From positions 1,072 to 65,071 of the forward strand of contig JBKHEO010000004.1 in the NCBI GenBank assembly GCA_046540755.1: 64,000 nucleotides of DNA. The letters run 5' to 3'. Both the position numbers and the translations under genes were made by a program. The notes under the pieces were generated by a model, which saw only the letters and a list, made by a program, of their open reading frames with translations, did no database searches and was not told the origin of the DNA. This document shows, one piece after another, positions 48,892 to 57,442 of the stretch. The stretch comes from Halomonas sp. (lineage in GTDB: Bacteria > Pseudomonadota > Gammaproteobacteria > Pseudomonadales > Halomonadaceae). Numbering within the stretch: the first letter of the stretch is position 1; each line of letters begins with the position of its first letter.

Positions 48892-49674
48892 ATGACGCCA
48901 AGCCACGACGACGCCTACGGCGGCCGGCGCACGCCGGAGGGGGTTGCCGCGCGCCTCGAGCGCCTGATCCTGGACGGCACCTTCCGCACCGGGCAGCTGC
49001 TGCCCTCCGAGCGCCGGCTGTGCGAGCGGTTGGGGGTGTCGCGCGCCTCGCTGCGCGAGGGGCTGCGTATCCTGCGCAGCAAGGGCATCATCGAGACCCG
49101 TCAGGGGCGCGGCTCCACCGTGGCCTCGCTGCTGCCGGCCCGGGAGCAGAGCCCGTTGATGCACCTCTTCCGCGACCATCCGCGCACCCTCTTCGACCTG
49201 CTCGAGGTGCGCGCCCTGCTCGAGGGCGAGTCGGCGCGGCTGGCCGCCAGTCGCGGCAACCCCGCGGACCGGGTGCTGATCACCCGGCGCTACCGGGAGA
49301 TGGCCGACTACGTGGCGAGCGCCGAGCCCATCGACGTGGAGCGCCTGGCGCGCCTCGACCACGCCTTCCACCTGGCGATCTCCCAGGCCTCCCACAACCC
49401 GGTGCTGGTGCACACCCTGCAGAGCCTGACCGACCTGCTGCTCAGCTCGGTGTTCGCCTCGGTGAAGAACCTCTACCACCGCCCCGAGCCCCGGGAGATG
49501 ATCAATCGCCAGCATGCCAGGCTCCACGACGCCGTGGTCAAGGGCAAGCCGGAGCTGGCCCGCCGCGTGTCGCTGGAGCACCTCAAGGGCCTCGGCGAGG
49601 CGCTGCGCGAGATCGAGGCGGAGGACGAGCGCCTGGAGCGCTCGGCGATGCGGCTGGAGGGGTGGGGCGACTAG
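48892..49674 (+). CDS. glcC: GntR/FadR regulator GlcC
   Basis: LPSERRLCE.LGVSR.SLREGL..LR, PLMHLF..HPRTL.DLLEVRALLEGESARLAA, SHNPVLVHTL.SL; divergent from glcDEFG. Confidence 0.92.
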   Translation: MTPSHDDAYGGRRTPEGVAARLERLILDGTFRTGQLLPSERRLCERLGVSRASLREGLRILRSKGIIETRQGRGSTVASLLPAREQSPLMHLFRDHPRTLFDLLEVRALLEGESARLAASRGNPADRVLITRRYREMADYVASAEPIDVERLARLDHAFHLAISQASHNPVLVHTLQSLTDLLLSSVFASVKNLYHRPEPREMINRQHARLHDAVVKGKPELARRVSLEHLKGLGEALREIEAEDERLERSAMRLEGWGD

Positions 49675-49679
49675 GGACC

Positions 49680-50363
49680 TCAACCGTTGGCGGCATCCCG
49701 GGGCTCGTCCTCCTCGATGACGCCGGACAGCGTCGCCACCTCCAGCTTGTTGCACAGGTGTTCGCGCAATACCTGGCCCAGTCGCTTGCTGTCGCGGGCC
49801 TCCAGGGCGGCGATCATCTCCTCGTGGTCCTGCACGGCCCGGCGCCAGAAGTCGTCGGTCATCTTCTTGGAGTAGCGGACCCGCTTCACGCGCTGGCTCA
49901 GGTTGTCGTACATCTCCTGCAGCACCTCGTTGCCCGAGGCGCTCATGATGGCCTCGTGGATACGCTGGTTGACCTGAAAGTAGCGTGCCAGGTCACGCTC
50001 GCGGTAGTGCACCAGCATGGTGTCGTGCAGCTCGCGGATCGCCGCGATGCCTTCGTCGCTGATGTGCTGGCAGGCCAGCTCCCCGGAGAGTCCCTCGAGC
50101 GCGGCCATCAGGTCGTAGGTGTCCTTGACCATCTTCAGGGTCAGGCGCACCACCCGGGAGCCGCGATTGGGCAGCAGCTCCACCAGCCCCTCCGACGCCA
50201 GGACCTTCAACGCCTCCCTGAGCGGCGTGCGGGAGACCCCGAAGCGTTCGCACAGCTGTTTCTCCGAGATGCGCTCTCCCGGGGCCAGGTCGCCCTGCTC
50301 GATCAGCTCCCGGATGCGATCGGCGACGTCCAGATAAAGGCTGCGTTGCTGGATCTTGCTCAT
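49680..50363 (-). CDS. GntR-family (FCD) transcriptional regulator
   Basis: LAPGERISE..LCERFGVSRTPLREALKVL..EGLV...PNRG; aaagga RBS. Confidence 0.92.
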   Translation of the reverse strand: MSKIQQRSLYLDVADRIRELIEQGDLAPGERISEKQLCERFGVSRTPLREALKVLASEGLVELLPNRGSRVVRLTLKMVKDTYDLMAALEGLSGELACQHISDEGIAAIRELHDTMLVHYRERDLARYFQVNQRIHEAIMSASGNEVLQEMYDNLSQRVKRVRYSKKMTDDFWRRAVQDHEEMIAALEARDSKRLGQVLREHLCNKLEVATLSGVIEEDEPRDAANG

Positions 50364-50479
50364 TGGACGGTTCCTTTCAGAGGCGTCACTGCCGTGACTG
50401 GCTGGCGGCATGGCGGTGCCGGCGGGCAGGCGGTGTTCCAGAGTTGGATGATGCCATTTTGACAGGGGGTCGTGTAAGG

Positions 50480-50500
50480 GATTATGAATTCAAAATTCAA
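50480..50500. promoter_or_regulatory. Palindromic operator TGAATT-N3-AATTCA (copy 1)
   Basis: gattatgaattcaaaattcaa in the divergent gntR / glcG-like intergenic region. Confidence 0.7.
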
Positions 50501-50561
50501 TAAGTCCAGGCAGCAGACCGCAAGCCAGGCAACGCAAGCCGGATAACACGAGGAGAGTTCG

Positions 50562-51023
50562 ATGGCAGGCAAGGTGTTTCGCAGTCATTTCCAGCTGGGT
50601 CGGCGCCAGGCCCGCGACATCCTGGACGGGGCCTTCGCCCGTGCGCGGGAGCAGGGCATGGAGCCCCTCACCGTGGTGGTGATCGATGCGGGCGGGCACG
50701 TCGTGGCCGCCGAGCGCGAAGACGGCTGTGCCCCGCTGCGCTTTCCGGTGGCCCAGGGCAAGGCGTTCGCCGCCCTGGGCAACGGGGTCGCCAGCGGTGT
50801 GGTGGGGGAGCGCAACGCCGAGCGTCCCGCCTTCCTCGCCAGCGTGGCCGCCGCCTCCGGCGGGCACTTCGTGCCGGTGGCCGGCGGGGTGCCCATCCTC
50901 GACGAGGAGGGACGGGTGATCGGTGCCGCCGGGGCCAGCGGGGCGAGCTCCGCCGAGGACGAGGCCGCCGTGATCGCCGGCATCGAGGCCGCCGGTCTCG
51001 ACTGGGGCCGTGAGCCGGAGTGA
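50562..51023 (+). CDS. GlcG/HbpS-family haem-binding protein (second paralog)
   Basis: PLTVVVIDAGGH....REDG, A.GKA, VPVAGGV.I, IGA.G.SGA.S..DE; aggag RBS. Confidence 0.88.
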   Translation: MAGKVFRSHFQLGRRQARDILDGAFARAREQGMEPLTVVVIDAGGHVVAAEREDGCAPLRFPVAQGKAFAALGNGVASGVVGERNAERPAFLASVAAASGGHFVPVAGGVPILDEEGRVIGAAGASGASSAEDEAAVIAGIEAAGLDWGREPE

Positions 51024-51062
51024 GCGTGCCCCTCGAGCGCGGACGACTAAAGTTTAATACCT

Positions 51063-51083
51063 GATTATGAATTTTGAATTCAA
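51063..51083. promoter_or_regulatory. Palindromic operator TGAATT-N3-AATTCA (copy 2)
   Basis: gattatgaattttgaattcaa upstream of the TRAP operon. Confidence 0.7.
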
Positions 51084-51243
51084 ATTGAGTGAGTGAGGCC
51101 TGGCGAGCAACGCCGAACGTCGGAATCCCGTGGCGTCAACAACACAAACACAAACGCGATGCCCGCCTCAGCCCCAGGCTGCCGGCGCGAGGTCGCCTCC
51201 CCGGCAAGATGCGCACAACAACAAGCCAGCACCGGAGTATCCA

Positions 51244-52230
51244 ATGAAAGTGATCAAGACAGCATTCGCCGCCACCGCCCTTGCCGCCGCCATGGCACCC
51301 GGCGTGGGCATGGCGCAGACCGAGCTGCAGTTCGGCCATGTCGGCAACCCCGGCTCGCTTTTCGACGCTTCCGTCAAGGAGTTCGCCGAGCGAGCCAACG
51401 AGAAACTGGGCGACGACTACAAGGTGGAGGCCTACGGCTCGAGCCAGCTGGGTGGCGACAACTCCATGATGCAGAAGCTCAAGCTCGGCCAGGTCACCTT
51501 CACCCTGCCGTCCACCGTGATGTCCTCGGTGGTGGACGAGTTCGGCCTGTTCGAGATGCCCTACCTGATCAAGGATCGGGAGCACATGAAGCGGGTCATC
51601 GAGGAGGTGATCGAGCCCGAGCTCTATCCGCTGGTCGAGGAGGAGGGCTACAAGATCCTCGCCGTCTGGGAGAACGGCTTCCGCCAGATCACCAACAACC
51701 AGCGGCCCATCGAGGCCCCCGAGGACCTGGATGGCCTGAAGCTGCGGACCCCGAAGGGCAAGTGGCGGGTGCGCATGTTCGAGGAGTACGGCGCCAGCCC
51801 CTCCCCGATGGCGCTCTCCGAGGTCTTCACCGCCCTGCAGACCGGCACCATGGACGGCCAGGAGAACCCCCTGGTGCAGATCCACTCCCAGAAGTTCCAG
51901 GAAGTCCAGGACTACCTGTCGATGACCAACCACGTCTACACCCCGGCCTATGTGGTGGTCTCCAAGAGCCACTGGGAAGACCTGCCGGAGGACGTGCGTG
52001 AGGTGCTCCAGGAGACCGCCGAGGAGGTCCAGGGCTTCGTCTACGAGACCGCCGCCGAGCAGGACGAGGAGCTCCTGCAGGAGATGAAGGACGCCGGCAT
52101 GGAGGTCAACGAGGCCGACCAGCAGGCCTTCATCGACGCCAGCGGCCCCATCTACGACCGCTTCGGCGAGGAAGTGGACGGCGGCAGCGACCTGATCGAG
52201 CGCGTGCTGGAGCTCGGCGAGGAGGAGTGA
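51244..52230 (+). CDS. TRAP transporter DctP solute-binding protein
   Basis: Signal peptide, SSQLG, WENGFRQITN, DL.GLKLR.P, EVFTALQTG.MDGQENP, MTNHVY. Confidence 0.93.
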   Translation: MKVIKTAFAATALAAAMAPGVGMAQTELQFGHVGNPGSLFDASVKEFAERANEKLGDDYKVEAYGSSQLGGDNSMMQKLKLGQVTFTLPSTVMSSVVDEFGLFEMPYLIKDREHMKRVIEEVIEPELYPLVEEEGYKILAVWENGFRQITNNQRPIEAPEDLDGLKLRTPKGKWRVRMFEEYGASPSPMALSEVFTALQTGTMDGQENPLVQIHSQKFQEVQDYLSMTNHVYTPAYVVVSKSHWEDLPEDVREVLQETAEEVQGFVYETAAEQDEELLQEMKDAGMEVNEADQQAFIDASGPIYDRFGEEVDGGSDLIERVLELGEEE

Positions 52231-52307
52231 TCCTCTCCCGCTGAGCCGCCTTCCCTGACCGCCCCGCCCGGGGCGGTCCTTCCCTGACTCGACGGAGTGC
52301 TTCCTCC

Positions 52308-52826
52308 ATGTCCCTGGCAAGATTGCGATCCGGCTTCGAGTGGCTGCTCGAGGTCATCACCATGTTCCTGGTGGTGTCGCTGGCGGTGATCGTGCTGCTC
52401 GGCGTCACCTTTCGCTTCACCGGTAACTCCCTGGGCTGGTACGACGAGGTCGCCGCCGTGATGCTGGCCTGGGTGACCTACTATGGTGCCGCCCTGGCCG
52501 CCCTCAAGCGCGCCCATATCAGCGTGCCGGGCCTCGTCTACGCGCAGCCCCGTGCCGTGAGAGTGGCGCTGGTGGCGCTGGGCGAAGTCATCATCCTCAC
52601 CTTCTTCGTGCTGCTCGCCGCCTACGGCGTCTATGTGATCGGCGTCCTCGGTGGCTCCACCCTGGTCAGCGTGCCGATCCCCACGGCCTTGACTCAGTCC
52701 ACCATCCCCGTCGGCGCGGCGCTCTATGTCATCGCCGAGTTGATCAACCTGCCGACCATCCTGCGTGAGGCCTGGGAAGGCAAGGCGCCGCCCTCGGAGC
52801 AGGACATCGTGGAGGAACTGCAATGA
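52308..52826 (+). CDS. TRAP small permease DctQ
   Basis: 4 TM segments, W.DEVA...LAW.TY.GA......HI. Confidence 0.88.
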   Translation: MSLARLRSGFEWLLEVITMFLVVSLAVIVLLGVTFRFTGNSLGWYDEVAAVMLAWVTYYGAALAALKRAHISVPGLVYAQPRAVRVALVALGEVIILTFFVLLAAYGVYVIGVLGGSTLVSVPIPTALTQSTIPVGAALYVIAELINLPTILREAWEGKAPPSEQDIVEELQ

Positions 52827-54103
52827 CGACGGCACTGATCCTCCTGGCCGGCCTGGCCATGATCTTCATCAACATCCCCATCGCCGTGGCGCTCGGCGCG
52901 GTGTCCATCGTCGCCATGCTGGTACTGCAGGGACCGGGCAGCCTGCTCGGCTTTCCGCTGGTGATGTTCGAGGGTTCCACCAAGTTTCCCCTGATCGCCA
53001 TCCCGCTGTTCATCCTGGCCGGGGCCATCATGAACACCGGTGGCATCTCCCGGCGGCTGATCGACTTCGCCTCGGCGCTGCTCGGCTTCATCCGCGGCGG
53101 CCTGGCGATGGTCAACGTCGGCACCTCGCTGTTCTTCGCCGAGATCTCCGGCTCCGCGGTGGCCGATGTCGCGGCCCTGGGCTCGATCCTGATGCCGGCG
53201 ATGAAGAAGAAGGGCTATCCGCCGGAATTCAGCGCGGCCCTCACCTCCTCCTCGGCATCCCTGGCGATCATCATCCCGCCCTCGATCCCGATGATCCTCT
53301 ACGCCGCCATGGCCGACACCTCGGTGGTGCAGCTGTTCGTCGCCGGTATCGTGCCCGGTGTGGTCGGCGGGCTCTTTATGATGGCGCTCTCCTGGTACTT
53401 CGCGGTCCGCTACAACTGGCCCGTGGAACATGTCTTCCAGCTCAGCCGGGTGTGGAGCACCTTCAAGGCCGCGGGCCTGGCCTTCGTGCTGCCGCTGGTG
53501 ATCCTGGGTGGCATCTTCGGCGGCTTCATGACCGCCACCGAGGGGGCGGCGCTGGCGGTGGTGGCCTCGCTGGTGATCAGCTTCCACTACCGCGAACTGA
53601 AGTGGTCGAAGCTGCGCGCGGCCATGGTCGAGGGCGGCGTGCAGACCGCCGTGGTGATGTTGCTGGTGGCAAGCTCCGCGCTGCTCGGCGACTTCCTGAC
53701 CCGGGCCCAGCTGCCGCAGATGCTGGCGTCGATGATCAGCGACTTCACCGACAACAAGTACATGGTGCTGGCGCTGCTCAACATCTTCCTGCTGCTGATC
53801 GGCATGATCCTGCACTCGGCGGCGGCGATCATCCTCACCGTGCCCATCGTCATGCCACTGGTGATGATGGTCGGCATCGATCCGGTGCACTTCGGCATGA
53901 TCGTCACCCTGAACCTGGCGATCGGCCAGCAGACGCCGCCGGTGGCGAGCGTGCTGATGACCGCCTGCTCGGTGGCCAAGGCGGACATCTGGGAGGTGTC
54001 GAAGGTCAACGTGCCCTTCGTCATCCTGCTGTTCGTGCTGCTGATGCTGGTGACCTATGTGCCGGTCTTCCCGATGGGCCTGGTGGAGCTGTTCTACCGA
54101 TGA
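52823..54103 (+). CDS. TRAP large permease DctM
   Basis: AIPLFILAGAIM, ISGSAVAD, IIPPSIPMILY, TATE, GIDPVHFG, IGQQTPPV. Confidence 0.94.
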   Translation: MTTALILLAGLAMIFINIPIAVALGAVSIVAMLVLQGPGSLLGFPLVMFEGSTKFPLIAIPLFILAGAIMNTGGISRRLIDFASALLGFIRGGLAMVNVGTSLFFAEISGSAVADVAALGSILMPAMKKKGYPPEFSAALTSSSASLAIIIPPSIPMILYAAMADTSVVQLFVAGIVPGVVGGLFMMALSWYFAVRYNWPVEHVFQLSRVWSTFKAAGLAFVLPLVILGGIFGGFMTATEGAALAVVASLVISFHYRELKWSKLRAAMVEGGVQTAVVMLLVASSALLGDFLTRAQLPQMLASMISDFTDNKYMVLALLNIFLLLIGMILHSAAAIILTVPIVMPLVMMVGIDPVHFGMIVTLNLAIGQQTPPVASVLMTACSVAKADIWEVSKVNVPFVILLFVLLMLVTYVPVFPMGLVELFYR

Positions 54104-54131
54104 ACCCCTTGACCCCGAAAGGAGAGCCCTG

Positions 54132-54917
54132 ATGTCCGATCAGCCCCTGATCGTCCGGCGCGAGGGCCACCTCGCCTGGATCGGCTTCAACCGGCCCGAG
54201 AGCCGTAACGCCATGACCTGGGAAATGTACGACGCCCTGGAGGCGTGTTGCGAGGACCTGGCCGAGGACGACGCCATCCAGGCGGTGGTGCTGCACGGGG
54301 TGGGCGGCGAGGCCTTCGTCGCCGGCACCGACATCACCCAGTTCGCGCACTTTGCCACCCCCGAGGACGCCATCGGCTACGAGCGGCGCATCGACCGGGT
54401 GGTGGGCAAGTTGGAGGCGCTGCCCAGGCCCACCATCGCCCTGATCGAGGGCGCCTGCGTGGGGGGCGGGGCGGCCCTGGCGCTGGCCTGCGATTTCCGC
54501 TACTGCACGCCGTCGATGAAGTTCGGCGTGCCCATCGCCAGGACCCTGGGCAACACCCTGTCGATGACCAACGTCTCGCGGATGGTCGACATGATCGGCG
54601 TGGCCCTCACCAAGGAGGCGCTGATGATGGCTCGGTTGTTCGGTGCCGAGGAGGCCCGGCAGGCGGGGCTGGTCAACGCGGTGTTCGAGGCCGAGGTGAT
54701 CCACGACGAGGTGGCCGCCATCGCCGCCGGCTTCGCCAAGCGCGCGCCGCTCACCGTCCAGGCCAGCAAGGCGCTGGTGGGGCGGGTCCTGGAGCAGCGC
54801 CGGGCGGCCGCGGAGGCCGGCGACGACTGGGTCACCGCCTGCTACATGAGCGATGACTTCAAGGCCGCGGTCGACAAGTTCATCCACAAGACGCCCTTCG
54901 AGTGGACGGGCCGCTAG
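54132..54917 (+). CDS. Crotonase (enoyl-CoA hydratase/isomerase) superfamily protein
   Basis: FNRPE.RNAM, AFVAGTDI, PTIA.IEG.CVGGG..LALACD; ggag RBS. Confidence 0.88.
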   Translation: MSDQPLIVRREGHLAWIGFNRPESRNAMTWEMYDALEACCEDLAEDDAIQAVVLHGVGGEAFVAGTDITQFAHFATPEDAIGYERRIDRVVGKLEALPRPTIALIEGACVGGGAALALACDFRYCTPSMKFGVPIARTLGNTLSMTNVSRMVDMIGVALTKEALMMARLFGAEEARQAGLVNAVFEAEVIHDEVAAIAAGFAKRAPLTVQASKALVGRVLEQRRAAAEAGDDWVTACYMSDDFKAAVDKFIHKTPFEWTGR

Positions 54918-54944
54918 ACAGACACCATAAGGAGGGAGCACGCG

Positions 54945-56132
54945 ATGCTGCCACTCGAGAACCTCAAGATCCTGGATGTCTCCCAGATCATGGCCGGCCC
55001 CTACTGCACCATGGTGCTGGCCGACATGGGCGCGGAGGTGATCAAGGTCGAGAAGCTCAACGGCGGCGACGACAGCCGCCAGATGGGCCCCTACGTCAAC
55101 GACGAGTCGACCTGCTTCTCGCAGATCAACCGCAACAAGAAGAGCATCTCGCTCAACCTCAAGGACGACCGCGGGCGCGAGATCTTCTACCGCCTGGCCC
55201 GTGAGGCCGACGTCATCGTCGAGAACTACCGCACCGGGGTGACCAAGTCGCTGGCGATCGACTACGACACCATCAAGGCGATCAATCCGGCGATCGTCTA
55301 CTGCTCGATCTCCGGCTACGGCCAGACCGGCCCCTACAGCCACAAGGGGGGGTTCGACCTGGTCGCCCAGGGCATGACCGGGCTGATGTCGATGACCGGG
55401 GAGCCGGGGCGGCGACCGCTGAAGACCGGCATCGCCGTCTACGACATCGGAGCGGGGATCACGGCCGTCTACTCGATCCTGGCTGCGGTCATCCACCGGA
55501 TGAACACCGGCGAGGGCCAGCACATCGACATCGCCATCACCGAGTGCGGCCTGCCTTGGTTCACCTGGGAGGCGGCGGCCTACTTCGCCGAGGGGCGGGT
55601 GCCCCAGCCTACCGGCTGGCGGCACCGCGTCTCGGCCCCCTACCAGGCGGTCAAGGCCCGCGACGGCTACCTGATGCTGGGCTGCGCCAACCAGCGCACC
55701 TGGGAGCGCTTCGCCGGTGACGTTCTGGGGCGCCCGGAGCTGATGAAGGACCCGCGCTTCCTCACCAACCACGATCGCGGCCAGCACGTCGAGGAACTCG
55801 AGGCGCTGCTGGAGACGATCCTCGCCGAGCGCGACGTCGACGACTGGCTCACGCGCTGCGATGCGGCCGGGGTGCCCGCCGGGCCGATCAACGACTTCGC
55901 CCAGGCCATGCAGGACGAGCACTACCTGGCGCGCGGCATGGTGCAGGAGATGGACCACCCCAGGATCGGCCGGATGAAGACCATCGGCTTCCCCAGCAAG
56001 TTCTCACGCACTCCGTCCCGGATCCGCCAGCCGGCGCCGCTGTTCGCCCAGCACACCGATGAGGTGCTGGGCGAGATGGGGCTCTCCGCCGAGGAGCTCG
56101 AGAGCCTGAGGGCCGAGGGCTGCATCAAGTAG
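54945..56132 (+). CDS. Family III (CaiB/BaiF) CoA-transferase
   Basis: AGPYCT..LADMGAEVIKVE, NRNKKSI.LNLK, ENYR.G, SISGYGQTGPY....GFD. Confidence 0.93.
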   Translation: MLPLENLKILDVSQIMAGPYCTMVLADMGAEVIKVEKLNGGDDSRQMGPYVNDESTCFSQINRNKKSISLNLKDDRGREIFYRLAREADVIVENYRTGVTKSLAIDYDTIKAINPAIVYCSISGYGQTGPYSHKGGFDLVAQGMTGLMSMTGEPGRRPLKTGIAVYDIGAGITAVYSILAAVIHRMNTGEGQHIDIAITECGLPWFTWEAAAYFAEGRVPQPTGWRHRVSAPYQAVKARDGYLMLGCANQRTWERFAGDVLGRPELMKDPRFLTNHDRGQHVEELEALLETILAERDVDDWLTRCDAAGVPAGPINDFAQAMQDEHYLARGMVQEMDHPRIGRMKTIGFPSKFSRTPSRIRQPAPLFAQHTDEVLGEMGLSAEELESLRAEGCIK

Positions 56133-56198
56133 GTGCGTTTCCTGTGGCACCCGCTGCATTCATTATCCAAACAACAACGACGCACGGAGATTCTCCCC

Positions 56199-57407
56199 AT
56201 GCTGAAGCTCGATTTCCACCCGTCCGGCCGCCACTTCCTGCAGATCCCCGGTCCCTCGCCGGTGCCGGATCGCATCCTGCGCGCCATGAGCCTGCCTACC
56301 ATCGACCACCGCGGCCCCGAGTTCGGCGCCCTGGGCCTCGAGATCCTCGACAAGGTCAAGCAGGTCTTCAAGACCGACAGCCCGGTGATCATCTACCCGG
56401 CGTCGGGGACCGGGGCCTGGGAGGCGGCGCTCTCCAATACCCTCTCACCCGGGGATCGGGTGCTGATGTTCGAGACCGGCCACTTCGCCACCCTGTGGCA
56501 CAAGATGGCGCTCCGCCTGGGGCTCGACCCCGAGTTCCTCGGCCTGCCTGGCTACGAGGGCTGGCGCCAGGGCGTTCAGGCGGAGATGATCGAGGCGCGC
56601 CTCAAGGAAGACACCGCACATGAGCTCAAGGCGGTCTGCGTGGTGCACAACGAGACCTCCACCGGGGTGACCAGCGACATTGCCGCGGTGCGGCGAGCCA
56701 TCGATGCCGCCGGCCATCCGGCGCTGCTGCTGGTCGATACCATCTCGGGGCTGGCCTGCGCCGACTATCGCCACGACGATTGGGGCGTGGACGTGACCAT
56801 CTCCGGCTCCCAGAAGGGCCTGATGCTGCCGCCGGGCATCAGCTTCAATGCCGTCTCCGACAGGGCCGTCGAGGCGAGCCGCCACAATCGCATGCCGAAG
56901 AGCTTCTGGGCCTGGGACGAGATCCTCGAGGCCAACCAGAACGGCTACTGGCCCTATACCCCCAACACCAACCTGCTGTATGGCCTCAACGAGGCGCTCG
57001 ACATGCTGCTGGAGGAGGGCCTGGGCCACGTGCTGGCGCGCCACGAGCGCTGGGCCGCCGGCGTGCGCACGGCGGTCGAGGCCTGGGGCCTGGAGGTCCA
57101 GTGCCAGGATCCTGCGGTCTACTCCCCGGTGCTGACGGGGGTGGTCATGCCCGAGGGCATCGATGCCGACGAGGTACGCCGGATCATCTACGAGCGCTTC
57201 GACCTGTCGCTGGGGATGGGCCTCGGCAAGGCCAAGGGCAAGATGTTCCGCATCGGCCATCTGGGCGACTGCAACGATCTGACGCTGATCGCCACCCTGG
57301 GCGGCTGCGAGGCGGGCATGAAACTGGCAGGGGTAGAGCTCAAGGAGAGCGGTGTCTGCGCCGCGCTCGAGTACTTCGCCAATCACCCCCTGGAAAGCGC
57401 TCGTTGA
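56199..57407 (+). CDS. Class V PLP aminotransferase (serine/alanine-glyoxylate type)
   Basis: GRHFLQIPGP, DHRGPEF, SGTGAWEAA, VVHNETSTGV, VDTIS, SGSQKGLMLPPG, FRIGHLG. Confidence 0.92.
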   Translation: MLKLDFHPSGRHFLQIPGPSPVPDRILRAMSLPTIDHRGPEFGALGLEILDKVKQVFKTDSPVIIYPASGTGAWEAALSNTLSPGDRVLMFETGHFATLWHKMALRLGLDPEFLGLPGYEGWRQGVQAEMIEARLKEDTAHELKAVCVVHNETSTGVTSDIAAVRRAIDAAGHPALLLVDTISGLACADYRHDDWGVDVTISGSQKGLMLPPGISFNAVSDRAVEASRHNRMPKSFWAWDEILEANQNGYWPYTPNTNLLYGLNEALDMLLEEGLGHVLARHERWAAGVRTAVEAWGLEVQCQDPAVYSPVLTGVVMPEGIDADEVRRIIYERFDLSLGMGLGKAKGKMFRIGHLGDCNDLTLIATLGGCEAGMKLAGVELKESGVCAALEYFANHPLESAR

Positions 57408-57442
57408 TCATCGGCTATGGCCAGCACGGCCAGGAGTGACGC

